Origin: Patescibacteria group bacterium
GTDB taxonomy: Bacteria > Patescibacteriota > Kazan-3B-28
DNA length: 48,999 nt
Reading direction: 5' to 3'
Assembly: GCA_028717565.1 (NCBI GenBank)
Contig: JAQUNP010000001.1
Coordinates: 178,997 to 227,995 of the forward strand
Made by a program: the position numbers and the translations under genes. Positions 1 through 10,515 of the stretch are shown here, piece by piece. Numbering within the stretch: the first letter of the stretch is position 1; each line of letters starts with the position of its first letter. A model generated the notes under the pieces. The model was not told where the DNA came from. It was given only the letters and a program-made list of their open reading frames with translations, and did not search any database.

Positions 1-199
1 ATCCGCTTTCGGCAGCCGACAGAGCGACTATCATTTTCCAGTTGTCGTATTTTGTCAGCTCTTCAGCTGGTATGGGACTATTTTTTGATTCCAAAAATTT
101 CTGCAATTCCAAAGTAGCAGGATCAATTGTCGTCCCACCGGAACCCCCCACAGAAAGATATGCAATGAGGGCAATAGCTGCCCCCCAAAGTATTGGCAA
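1..199 (-). CDS. Partial (runs off window) secreted lysozyme-fold / glucosaminidase-like protein; not in the supplied ORF track
   Basis: Manual translation from TTG at 199: MPILWGAAIALIAYLSVGGSGGTTIDPATLELQKFLESKNSPIPAEELTKYDNWKMIVALSAAESG. Signal-like N-terminus; FLxxxNSP...W...AES pattern recalls CPR lysozyme-like proteins; promoter at 247-275. Confidence 0.6.
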   Translation of the reverse strand, partial: MPILWGAAIALIAYLSVGGSGGTTIDPATLELQKFLESKNSPIPAEELTKYDNWKMIVALSAAESG

Positions 200-246
200 A
201 TCTTTAAGTGAAACAAATAAAAACTACCCCTTGGGGCAGTAGCGTC

Positions 247-275
247 AATATATATCAAAACCGCCACCGTGTCAA
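247..275 (-). promoter_or_regulatory. Sigma70-type promoter TTGACA-N17-TATATT
   Basis: Read directly on the minus strand; points toward the partial CDS starting at 199. Confidence 0.7.
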
Positions 276-284
276 GGGTATTCG

Positions 285-326
285 TGGTGGACCCGGGGGA
301 AGTCAAACCCCTGACTTCACGCATGC
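285..326 (-). pseudogene. Degenerate 3' half of a tRNA-Ala (different isoacceptor from the neighbour)
   Basis: Minus strand GCATGCGTGAAGTCAGGGGTTTGACTTCCCCCGGGTCCACCA: anticodon-stem 3' strand, imperfect T-arm, acceptor strand with U70, A73 and CCA; no 5' half. Confidence 0.65.
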
Positions 327-344
327 GCCCCGAAAAGAAATTTT

Positions 345-418
345 TGGTGGACTCGGCGAGAATCGAACTCGCGTTACCGCAATGCGAATGCGGCGTAATA
401 CCATTATACGACGAGCCC
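345..418 (-). tRNA. tRNA-Ala(CGC)
   Basis: Cloverleaf with anticodon stem CCGCA/TGCGG, loop TT-CGC-AT, G3:U70 pair, TTCGA T-loop, encoded CCA. Confidence 0.9.
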
Positions 419-488
419 ATGCCACCAAAATTTCAACGGGGTAAAAATCTGTGCGTCCCAGCTTACTGGGACTACGAGCCCTTAAAAA

Positions 489-1844
<1,356 letters not shown>

Positions 1845-1848
1845 TCAC

Positions 1849-2328
1849 TTACCGCTCGTTTCTTTGTTTTCTCCATCTGGCGACTCTGGCGTCAATCGCT
1901 CGAGCCACTTCAAGTGCTCGGTGTCTCTCAGCGAGACGCGCAAGAGAGGCGCGATCTTCTTTAAAATCCGCATAGCGACGCGCTGCAACACGGGACATTT
2001 CGCCTGCCGCTGGATACTGGCCAATAGGAGTATCCTTCTCCCACTCATCAACTAATGCGGTAGTCCGACGTTCATCTTCCTGCAACAGCTCGGCAAGCTG
2101 TTGTTCAGCTCCTGCCCTATCATACGCTTCGGATAACGCATAATAACTCGCGTCGGGATTGGCTCTGCCATATGCGTTCTTCTGTTCTGCTGCATAGGCT
2201 TGAGCCTCAGTCATACGTCGGTAAAGCTCCTCTGAACTTAATTCTGTGAAGGGGTTTTCCTCTTGACCAGCTTCACGGTCTTCGGACTCAGGTTGTAAGG
2301 ACTGTTCAAAACGTTCCATATTATTCAC
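1849..2328 (-). CDS. Hypothetical charged helical protein
   Basis: 159-aa ORF filling the gap between the cohesin gene and obg; no recognisable motif. Confidence 0.65.
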   Translation of the reverse strand: MNNMERFEQSLQPESEDREAGQEENPFTELSSEELYRRMTEAQAYAAEQKNAYGRANPDASYYALSEAYDRAGAEQQLAELLQEDERRTTALVDEWEKDTPIGQYPAAGEMSRVAARRYADFKEDRASLARLAERHRALEVARAIDARVARWRKQRNER

Positions 2329-3372
2329 TTAAAAACGATAGATAATATTGCTGTCTTCGGTAGTATCCTGGGGGGATAGATCGTGAAGTTGTTGGGTGCT
2401 AAGAGAAGTTTGGACATTGCCTACGTAACTAAGCTTACGATAGGTCAGGATGCTCAAACCCAACGCAGCTAGTAAAATACCTGCCCAAATAAAATCTTCT
2501 GGGCCGTTGTTAGGTAACGTAGTGGAGACAGTATAAGTATAGCCAGTATAAGTGTCTTCCTCGCCATCAGCTCGGTGAACTTTGACCTGACGAGTGGAGT
2601 TTTGGGTAAGATCTGGTTCGGCCGGCACTTGAATAACAATGGCTGTGTCGTTCCAGTCCACAATCTCCATGAGCTTGGTACCTAAGTAAACCTTGCTGCT
2701 GCCCGAGACAAAGCTGCCGAAGTGCTCACCGTAAATAGTAACTTCTTGGGAAACATCCTTGCTGCCACGACTAGGTGAAATACTATCAATCACTGGGCTA
2801 TCTCCCACTGGATCGTCGGTTGCAGCTGCGACAGTAAGAGTTAAGGAGTTGGGTGTGCCCAGTAAGTCGGTAGACGCACCATCGGCTACGATGTTTGAGT
2901 CCACACTTTCTCCCAGACCGTCGAAAGTAAATTCGAGCTTGGTCGTATCGCCAATCTCGCCCAAGGGCTTGAAGGTCAGAATGGCAAAAGTGCCAGTACC
3001 GTTGGTGGCATCACCACCCGCCTCTTTGTAACGAGCCATCACTAGCTCGGTGGTGTCACCATCTTCATTGATAATCGGACCAGAGGTTTTGCGGAAAATG
3101 CTGGGCAAAAAGGTAGGGTCGGTTTCGGGATATGAAACGGTGACGTATTCTAATTCGGTGGAGTTAAACTTCACTCGTGCGTCCACCACTGACACATCCT
3201 GTCCACCAGTGTTGACCGTGATGCTGACATTAAAATTAGTGTTGACCGCCACCTTGTTATTGGTTGGGCCAACGAAGGCCAAAGTAGCAGGATAGCTTGA
3301 GCTTTGCGCAAAAACACCCATAGGCGAACCTAGGAGCAGCAAAGACATCAGGATAGTGAACAGCTTTTTCAT
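2329..3372 (-). CDS. Secreted cohesin-domain + IPT/TIG-domain protein with C-terminal LPNNG motif and TM anchor
   Basis: Signal peptide; cohesin-like pattern (FNVSITVNTGG...VDARVKF...GTGTFAILTFKP); IPT pattern (PVIDSISP..G...VTIYGEHFG); LPNNG then hydrophobic helix and YRK. Confidence 0.8.
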   Translation of the reverse strand: MKKLFTILMSLLLLGSPMGVFAQSSSYPATLAFVGPTNNKVAVNTNFNVSITVNTGGQDVSVVDARVKFNSTELEYVTVSYPETDPTFLPSIFRKTSGPIINEDGDTTELVMARYKEAGGDATNGTGTFAILTFKPLGEIGDTTKLEFTFDGLGESVDSNIVADGASTDLLGTPNSLTLTVAAATDDPVGDSPVIDSISPSRGSKDVSQEVTIYGEHFGSFVSGSSKVYLGTKLMEIVDWNDTAIVIQVPAEPDLTQNSTRQVKVHRADGEEDTYTGYTYTVSTTLPNNGPEDFIWAGILLAALGLSILTYRKLSYVGNVQTSLSTQQLHDLSPQDTTEDSNIIYRF

Positions 3373-3411
3373 ATTGATTTTTATTTTCGAAGAGTCCTTA
3401 CTCTTACTTTC

Positions 3412-3440
3412 ATTATACTACACTTTTTGGCTTTTGTCAA
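3412..3440 (-). promoter_or_regulatory. Perfect sigma70 promoter TTGACA-N17-TATAAT for the cohesin gene
   Basis: Exact consensus read on the minus strand about 40 bp upstream of the ATG. Confidence 0.85.
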
Positions 3441-3452
3441 GATGTCACCTGA

Positions 3453-6400
3453 TTACCAGCTGAACATCTTGTCCCAGTTTTTTAAGATATAATCCAGATC
3501 CATACCATTGACCACACTGTTGTTGTCTAAATCGGACAGTAGACCCGACTTTTCCTCTCCATAGTCACCCAGCAAGATATCTAGATCCATACCGCTGATT
3601 CGGCTAATGAAGTGCTCACTGGTATCAGCGTCCCTGTGCAAATCACCGGTCAAAAGCGGAGTAGTGAACGTGACGGTATAAGCCGTCTTACCGCTGGTGA
3701 CAGTGAACTCGGGTCCTTTTGCCCATAGATGTCGTGTGCTTCTAACTAATGGAGTATAGGTTTCGCCAATGCTCACCACGCCAGCGTCTATTTCAACTGC
3801 GGCCTGATGACTTTGGTTGGTATAGAATGTATCTTCAAAAATCTTTTGCAAACCGCTGTATAGGCGTAGCAAGAAAGTAGGTGTATTGGCTTTGTAGGTA
3901 GTTTCGCCTTCCACTGGAACGGTAAGATTAATAGTAATAGCCGGACCGTCACCTGGTTCGAGCACGGTTAAGACGGCAGCGACAGTGGCTTCCAGCTCGC
4001 CGGAGGTACCCACCACTTCAAAGTTGATAGTGTCGGGGTCAGTTCCGGCTGGGATGGTGACAGTTAGGGTGGTGCTGTCACCGGTGGTAGCGGCCGGGCT
4101 AAAGTCGGCCCAGTCAGAATCTAGTTCACCGGCAACGGTAAAGGCAATTGAACCACTAAAATCATTTTGTCTGTCGATCTCGACTACGTACTCGACTTCA
4201 CTTTCTGGCAAACCAGATTTTGAGTTAGAAACCAAATCCAAACCAAAAGAGCCGTTCTCTACTGCCCCGGTAATCGCGACCGTACCGGCAGGCGACGGGA
4301 CCACCACCATGTTGGCTTCCCCAGCCGCCACACCGCTAACAACGAATGTATAGGTATTATCTACAGGGGTAAGCACATCGGCTAGGAGAGTTACTTCAAA
4401 TGGCACAGTAGCACCATCACCCAAGAGTTCAACGGTGGCGGGATAGTTCGCGATGATAAATCCGTCATCGGGATCGAGCGCGAGTGACAGCATAATATTT
4501 CTCTGAACCGACTCATGACCCGGAGCCGGTGTGATGGCCATTTGGAAAGCAACCGATTCACCCGCCATCACGGTTTTTTCGTTGTCCTCGCCATTGGCAA
4601 AGTTAATGAGCGCAACTTGTTCACCCACATTAACTTCGTAGGTTAAGCTCATGGCGAAAAGTTTGGGTTTGCTAGAGCTATATGTGAAGGACTGTAAGGT
4701 AGCCCTAAAACGTGCATAGCGAATTTCAGGGAAGAAAGAGGTACTATCAATAAAAGCTAGGGAGTCATTATCTGCCACCAGCCAATAGCCGTTCGCGTCA
4801 GAAGCATATTGAGAGCCGATGCCTAACACCTCTTGATCTTCGTCTAAGAACTGAACTGCATAAAGAATATTGCCGGTTTCAGTATTATATTCATCGTCGG
4901 CTATAAAGTTTCCCAAAGCAGCTAACGGCGCTGGAGCGTCGGCAAAGTCGAAGCCGATCATCGGAGAAAAGTAGGTACCGCTTTGATCAAAAGCGCTGCC
5001 GGTTGGCAGAACGGCAAATGGATAGGTCTTGGCGAAATAGTTCACATTGTCTGGATCAATCGGGCCTTCTGAAGCATAAGCGAACATGAGCGTAGCTTGA
5101 TACGAGACAGTCGTAGCCGGAATCTCCCAGTCAAATTCAATAGTGCCATCGCTGCCCAAAGTGAGCTCTGTCTTTTCAACAATGCGTGTCCAATCACTGC
5201 CATCTTGAGAGATAAATACTCCTAAGTCCATGGCTTGGGCGGTGCCAGTGGCCTGGAAGTGGCTGCTTTGTTTAAGTTCGCCATTTAGAGTTGTGCCCGA
5301 AGTGTATTCAATCGACGGAATACCACCCGGCCATTGGCAAGTACCGTCCAAGGGTTCCTGCCAACCAAACGGTGACTCAATCGCAAACTCACCGCTTTCA
5401 CTAATAGCCGGCAGCTCTGGATCGTCTGACAGGAAAACCTGCAAGGTTAAACGCAAGTCAGTACTGCCTACTGGTCGGCCAAAAGCACAGTGAATTGGCC
5501 CACGTACGATGTCCCATGGCAGGGAAACGCTGGTAGAGTTTTGAGGCAAGTCATAACCTTCCACAAGGCGTATGTCATCCAGTACCGGATGACCAGTTAG
5601 ATAAATATCTATCTTTTTGCCTTGAAAGCCTTCGGCATATTCCAGCTCAATGGCACTAGTATCGCCCCAAATCAGTACATCTCCCTTGGCCGGCTGATTA
5701 ATCTCCATACCGTCTGAAAGTGGTGCGGCTAGGATTTTGAACTCTTCACTATAATATTCTTGGCCCACACCAAGCCGAGCACCGATTTGGCCTACTAACT
5801 TTAAATCCTTACCGGCCTTGTCTGGATAGAGCTTCAAAAGTGAGTTGCCGTTAGGCGATGACCCGACCTCCCAATCAAAACTGTAAATATTGTCCTGATG
5901 ACCGATAGTCGGATCCATAACAAAATCGTTACGTACATACCAAAAATGATCATTACTTTCCGTAACATCAACTAGAGCAAAATTCAAACTGCTGCTAACA
6001 CCGCCTAGCAGTGACATGCCGCCTACTTTTGGTACAACCATGAACTCAATCTTTTTGGTGTCACCACTGATCCATTCCTGATTCTTGGTTTCTGGCGTGA
6101 GCATTTCTAAAGTAAAGAGTGCGTCCTGAACAGTAAATGGATCGCTGGTAATAAAGAAGAAGCTACCAGTCGGATTATTGTAAGCGGGTGTTATCTTTAT
6201 AACCACTTGGACATTCTGCATCGGGAAACCAGTGAAGCCAGAATGTTTATCTTCTTCACCGACAACATATTCAAAAGATTTCACGACACCGATATCGCTA
6301 CTGCTAACCGTGGTGCTAGCCAACAGCCGTTGGCTGGTTTTGTATTTTATATAGAACGCAGCACCGGCGGAGTCGCCTTCAAAGTATGGTACTGTCCAGT

Positions 6401-7436
6401 CAATATTGCGAATCTCACCGATATGCCAAGTGTCACCTGTGACTGGGCTGGTAATGGCGCTACCGATTTCAAACATCCGGCTTTCACCAGCAAAATAGCA
6501 GACCTGATCGGCGTTGTCGCATAGGTTAGACCAGATTTCTACTCGGTCGGAAGGGATGTCGTCAAAAACGGAATGGTTCAGAGCATACCCCACTTGGTCC
6601 CAAGCGATTGTGAAGAATTTGCTTGAGCCGTTACCAGTAATGGGCAGGGCGGCAAAATAATATTCGTCACCCGCAGTTACAGTTTGACCATTTTCTTTCA
6701 ATCCTAAGTTGAGTACATAGGACTTGCCACTGGCCGGTGCAACAGCGAATTTGATGCCCAATGTTTGATGTCCACCTAAGGTTAGCTTAGTGGTTTCGCG
6801 CAACATATTGGCATTGGTTTCTTTGATACTCAAACGACTTAAGGCAAAACTGTTGCCCCAACCGCTGCCCATGATGTTGACGATAACCGCTCCCCCACCT
6901 TCCGGCACGATGGTTTGCATGATGGTAGCTTTAATCACAACTCTAGCTGCAGGGGTGGGGATAACGGGCTGACCAGAGCTGTTGTAGCCCGGCTTCCAGC
7001 GAAAAGTATAGTTCTCGCCTGATTCTAAATCTTCACGGCTATCTGCACCGATACTGTAGCTGTACCAATAGCCGTTAGTACCATAAGTGGGATCAAAAAC
7101 TAGTGCGCTGTAGGAAGCGTCAGTCCAGCCCGGATATTTGGCATCCAACAAATCTTTACGCAGGTTGATTGAAAGTTGGCTGCCGCCTTCTGCAAAGGGC
7201 AACACCGGATCATTTTCGTTAATGGTACTGCCAGAACTTTGCATCCACAAATGTGTAAAATCGCCGCCGGGGAATTCCGGCCCTACCGGATCCGCGGCTT
7301 GCGCAGATTGATACAAACTGTAGCCAGCCCATCCCAACACCAGTACAGTCAGAGCCAAAAAATGAACCGCAATGGGTTTGGATTTAGATTCGGCTGTTTG
7401 CAAAGACCGGCCTAGTTGTTGAAAAAAACGTTTCAT
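3453..7436 (-). CDS. Large secreted multi-Ig-like protein with C-terminal dockerin-like domain
   Basis: 1327 aa; N-terminal TM/signal; repeated W..G....I.W beta-sandwich modules; C-terminal duplicated EF-hand-like segments (GDLHRD...ISGMDLDILL and DLDNNSVVNGMDLDYIL). Confidence 0.8.
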   Translation of the reverse strand: MKRFFQQLGRSLQTAESKSKPIAVHFLALTVLVLGWAGYSLYQSAQAADPVGPEFPGGDFTHLWMQSSGSTINENDPVLPFAEGGSQLSINLRKDLLDAKYPGWTDASYSALVFDPTYGTNGYWYSYSIGADSREDLESGENYTFRWKPGYNSSGQPVIPTPAARVVIKATIMQTIVPEGGGAVIVNIMGSGWGNSFALSRLSIKETNANMLRETTKLTLGGHQTLGIKFAVAPASGKSYVLNLGLKENGQTVTAGDEYYFAALPITGNGSSKFFTIAWDQVGYALNHSVFDDIPSDRVEIWSNLCDNADQVCYFAGESRMFEIGSAITSPVTGDTWHIGEIRNIDWTVPYFEGDSAGAAFYIKYKTSQRLLASTTVSSSDIGVVKSFEYVVGEEDKHSGFTGFPMQNVQVVIKITPAYNNPTGSFFFITSDPFTVQDALFTLEMLTPETKNQEWISGDTKKIEFMVVPKVGGMSLLGGVSSSLNFALVDVTESNDHFWYVRNDFVMDPTIGHQDNIYSFDWEVGSSPNGNSLLKLYPDKAGKDLKLVGQIGARLGVGQEYYSEEFKILAAPLSDGMEINQPAKGDVLIWGDTSAIELEYAEGFQGKKIDIYLTGHPVLDDIRLVEGYDLPQNSTSVSLPWDIVRGPIHCAFGRPVGSTDLRLTLQVFLSDDPELPAISESGEFAIESPFGWQEPLDGTCQWPGGIPSIEYTSGTTLNGELKQSSHFQATGTAQAMDLGVFISQDGSDWTRIVEKTELTLGSDGTIEFDWEIPATTVSYQATLMFAYASEGPIDPDNVNYFAKTYPFAVLPTGSAFDQSGTYFSPMIGFDFADAPAPLAALGNFIADDEYNTETGNILYAVQFLDEDQEVLGIGSQYASDANGYWLVADNDSLAFIDSTSFFPEIRYARFRATLQSFTYSSSKPKLFAMSLTYEVNVGEQVALINFANGEDNEKTVMAGESVAFQMAITPAPGHESVQRNIMLSLALDPDDGFIIANYPATVELLGDGATVPFEVTLLADVLTPVDNTYTFVVSGVAAGEANMVVVPSPAGTVAITGAVENGSFGLDLVSNSKSGLPESEVEYVVEIDRQNDFSGSIAFTVAGELDSDWADFSPAATTGDSTTLTVTIPAGTDPDTINFEVVGTSGELEATVAAVLTVLEPGDGPAITINLTVPVEGETTYKANTPTFLLRLYSGLQKIFEDTFYTNQSHQAAVEIDAGVVSIGETYTPLVRSTRHLWAKGPEFTVTSGKTAYTVTFTTPLLTGDLHRDADTSEHFISRISGMDLDILLGDYGEEKSGLLSDLDNNSVVNGMDLDYILKNWDKMFSW

Positions 7437-7780
7437 TATTGCAAAGTAACGTACCCAGCTTCTGTATCAGTTGGGGCAATGTAGAGGATCTCGTCATCGG
7501 TTAGGTCACCAGCGCCTAAATAACCGTGGCCGTCCACTTGAGACGGGTTGTCGTCAACCGTGAGAACTCGTTCGGTACCAGCTCGGCTGCCAAACAAATC
7601 TAGCAACCGTCCGACCTGATCACCGAAGAAAAATACGACTACCAATGCGAATACTACAAAAACACCAAGGCCAACTTTGAATGCCTTGGTTCTCCACCAA
7701 AATGTTTGAGTTGTACTTTTCATCTTTTGTTTTAGTTTTTGACTTTCTTGTATTTTATCACAAAAATCACCTATTGTCAA
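7436..7780 (-). CDS. Small single-pass membrane protein
   Basis: Overlaps both neighbours (operonic); one TM helix followed by GRLLDLFGSRAG. Confidence 0.7.
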   Translation of the reverse strand: MTIGDFCDKIQESQKLKQKMKSTTQTFWWRTKAFKVGLGVFVVFALVVVFFFGDQVGRLLDLFGSRAGTERVLTVDDNPSQVDGHGYLGAGDLTDDEILYIAPTDTEAGYVTLQ

Positions 7781-8682
7781 TCTGGGGTTTCGCTTTGGTC
7801 ACCCTCAAATTCGTTCCAAAGTTTTAAGAAAAGATCATAATCCAATCCATTGATAACCCCGTCACCGTTAAGATCACCCAAAACACCGGCGGCCCCTGAC
7901 AAAGACGGCAAAAGATCGGGGCTTTCCTCCTCGACTACGGCCTCGCCCTCGGGGCCATAGGAAATGCTGAATTCTGCTACCATGGGTCGGTCGTAAACGT
8001 CAAACTGCCCGAAGCCGATTGAGAATTGGGCATAACGATGTAGGGAGGTGCTGAACAAAATTTGCCGAGTAGTGAAGTCCTCCACGGCTCCGATGTTAGC
8101 TAGGTCTAAGGTTTGGAAGGCAGCGTCCGCCAACTCGCCTAAGGAATCAGCAGCACGATAGCTATACATAATCTCTGATCCCTCTGGCAGATATTCCAAA
8201 ACGTCGATAGAAACCAGTTTGTAATCAGTTGGCTGTTCACCCAAATCAATAATTGGAGAGACGTACCCGCTACCAGTGACGATATCGCTGTCCTGACTAC
8301 CGCTGATAACTAATGGCATAACAAAACCAGCTGCCAGTCCGGGGTCATTGGGCTGGCCAGTAAAATAGTTGAAGGCGGCGGTGTTATTAAACCGTGGAGT
8401 ATTAAAACCAGTATCCAAAACTGCAATCCACTCGGCCTGATTGTTACCAAAGAAATCGCCTTCGCTAGAGATTGATATGGTTTGTAAGCGTGAGGCGCCG
8501 ACACCCAAGAGTTTGAGCAACCCTTCCAAAAAATTTCCCTGCAAAATGATAGCTACAGTCAGAATTAAAGCTACCGCAAACACTGCGGCTCGATTGAGCC
8601 ACGATTTAAAGCGGTTTGGCGTGTTGTTATCTGGTGGGAGTGATTCGTTCATAAGCGTACACAAATGAATTGGCCTCGACAT
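7777..8682 (-). CDS. Membrane-anchored protein with C-terminal dockerin-like EF-hand segment
   Basis: N-terminal TM; C-terminal GDLNGDGVINGLDYDLFLKLW; probable start 8652 (MNESLPP). Confidence 0.8.
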   Translation of the reverse strand: MSRPIHLCTLMNESLPPDNNTPNRFKSWLNRAAVFAVALILTVAIILQGNFLEGLLKLLGVGASRLQTISISSEGDFFGNNQAEWIAVLDTGFNTPRFNNTAAFNYFTGQPNDPGLAAGFVMPLVISGSQDSDIVTGSGYVSPIIDLGEQPTDYKLVSIDVLEYLPEGSEIMYSYRAADSLGELADAAFQTLDLANIGAVEDFTTRQILFSTSLHRYAQFSIGFGQFDVYDRPMVAEFSISYGPEGEAVVEEESPDLLPSLSGAAGVLGDLNGDGVINGLDYDLFLKLWNEFEGDQSETPD

Positions 8683-8845
8683 CAGCTAGTTTCATAGTAT
8701 CTAGGGTGTGCAAACGATCGGCGACCGTGCTAGCTACCAGCCAACCGGATAAAGTCCACATAAAAACCAAAAATAAAACCGTGCCCGACCTGTGAGTCCG
8801 GGCTTGATCGGCTGCGGCTAATTGTTTACCAATTCGCTCGAGCAT
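8627..8845 (-). CDS. Possible small membrane protein, first gene of the surface operon
   Basis: 72 aa with one hydrophobic helix, lying between a perfect promoter and the next gene. Confidence 0.45.
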   Translation of the reverse strand: MLERIGKQLAAADQARTHRSGTVLFLVFMWTLSGWLVASTVADRLHTLDTMKLADVEANSFVYAYERITPTR

Positions 8846-8913
8846 GTTTGTTTTGGTTTTGCCTCCGGCTCTAGATAATGTGAGCCCAGTAGGTTTTTAT
8901 TTTGACTTTTTTA

Positions 8914-8942
8914 ATTATACTAGAAAAGATGCGTTTTGTCAA
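8914..8942 (-). promoter_or_regulatory. Perfect sigma70 promoter TTGACA-N17-TATAAT for the dockerin operon
   Basis: Exact consensus on the minus strand. Confidence 0.85.
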
Positions 8943-9015
8943 GAACGGTATTTGGCTACTATCTCTGAAAGAAAGCCCTTGACCACTAAAAAACTCTCAT
9001 GATATGTTTGAGCTC

Positions 9016-9258
9016 ATGAAGAAAGACATCCACCCACAGTATTTTGAGAAAGCCAAGATCACCTGCGCTTGCGGTAATGTGATTGAGGTTGGCTCCACAT
9101 TGGAAAGCTCCAAGGTGGATATTTGTAGTGCTTGTCACCCCTTCTATACTGGTCGCGAGAAAATGCTGGATAAGGCCGGCCGAGTAGAGAAATTCAAGGC
9201 CAAGGTTGAAAAAGCCAAGGCCGTAGCCAAAACCAAACGCGCCCCAAAAGCTAAGTAA
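9016..9258 (+). CDS. rpmE: 50S ribosomal protein L31 (Zn-binding type)
   Basis: MKKDIHP...CACG...DICSACHPFYTG...GRVEKF. Confidence 0.97.
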   Translation: MKKDIHPQYFEKAKITCACGNVIEVGSTLESSKVDICSACHPFYTGREKMLDKAGRVEKFKAKVEKAKAVAKTKRAPKAK

Positions 9259-9314
9259 CCATCCCCTACCTGAGGTCTTTGATGTATGTCAAAATGATAA
9301 GGTAGGTTTTTATC

Positions 9315-9459
9315 ATGCCCCGTAGAGAATTTTAGAATTGTTTTGAATAATGCGGTAGCCATGATTGTGTTGATGAACAAAAAAATATCAAGGTCGGGCT
9401 TATACTCAAAAGATCTCCAAAACAAAAGCATTATTTTCTAAAATCTTCTACAGGGTATG
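9315..9459. repeat. Small inverted-repeat-bounded element (MITE/REP-like)
   Basis: Ends ATGCCCCGTAGAGAATTTTAGAA and TTCTAAAATCTTCTACAGGGTAT are inverted repeats (19/23), with an inner IR AATAATGC/GCATTATT. Confidence 0.65.
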
Positions 9460-10515
9460 ATTAGTCGAGACAATTTCCAAAAAGAACTGACAGAGATTGA
9501 GAACCAGCTTGGCGCCGCTGGTGATTTAAGCCATGAACAACAAGGCAAGTACATGAAACGCGCCGCTGTCCTCAAGGATATTCTGGCGGCCTACAATCTG
9601 GTACAGGACCTGCAACAAGAAATTAGTGACAATGAAAAAATAAGCGTAGGTGATGACACTGAACTGGCTCAACTAGCTACTAGTGAATTGCCCCAACTCA
9701 CCGCCAAGCTGACTGAGGCTCAAGCTCGGTTAGAGACACTGACCATTCCAAAAGATGAAACCGACGAACGTGATGCGATTGTGGAGATTCGCGCGGGAGC
9801 CGGCGGCGATGAGGCCGCCCTGTTTGCTGGAGACCTGTTTCGAATGTATACCCGCTATGCGGAACGGCGCGGATGGAGAGTAGAGCTGATTGACTCTAGC
9901 TCGGCGGGTGGCGCCGATGGTTTTAAAGAAGTCATCTTCAAAATTGCCGGGCAAGATGTCTTTGGTGCCCTGAAGTATGAAAGCGGAGTGCATCGAGTGC
10001 AACGAGTCCCCACAACCGAAGCCAAGGGCAGAGTTCACACTTCTACCGCTACCGTGGCGGTTTTACCAGTAGCCGAGGAGGTGGATTTAGAGATTAAGCC
10101 GGAAGATCTGCGCATTGACGTCTTCCGTTCATCCGGACACGGTGGACAAAGCGTGAATACCACTGACTCTGCGGTTCGGATTACTCATATCCCCACCGGT
10201 GTCATGGTGACCTGTCAAGACGAAAAAAGTCAGACCCAAAATAAACTCAAAGCCATGTCTGTACTGCGTTCCCGTTTACTGGCAGCCGAAAAGGAGAAAC
10301 AGGCCAGTCAAAGAGCTGATACTAGACGATCTCAAATAGGCACCGGCGACAGAAGCGAAAAGATTCGTACTTACAATTTCCCACAAGACCGTATCACCGA
10401 CCACCGCATCAAAACTAACTGGCACAACTTGGTCAATATTTTAGATGGCGATATCGAACCAATCATCCAAGCGTTAAAAACTGAGGCGCTCAAACAAATT
10501 CAAGGTGAAGGTTAA
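9457..10515 (+). CDS. prfA: Peptide chain release factor 1
   Basis: GVHRVQRVP, PxT motif, GGQ ([10 protein letters not shown]), RTYNFPQDR. Confidence 0.97.
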   Translation: MISRDNFQKELTEIENQLGAAGDLSHEQQGKYMKRAAVLKDILAAYNLVQDLQQEISDNEKISVGDDTELAQLATSELPQLTAKLTEAQARLETLTIPKDETDERDAIVEIRAGAGGDEAALFAGDLFRMYTRYAERRGWRVELIDSSSAGGADGFKEVIFKIAGQDVFGALKYESGVHRVQRVPTTEAKGRVHTSTATVAVLPVAEEVDLEIKPEDLRIDVFRSSGHGGQSVNTTDSAVRITHIPTGVMVTCQDEKSQTQNKLKAMSVLRSRLLAAEKEKQASQRADTRRSQIGTGDRSEKIRTYNFPQDRITDHRIKTNWHNLVNILDGDIEPIIQALKTEALKQIQGEG

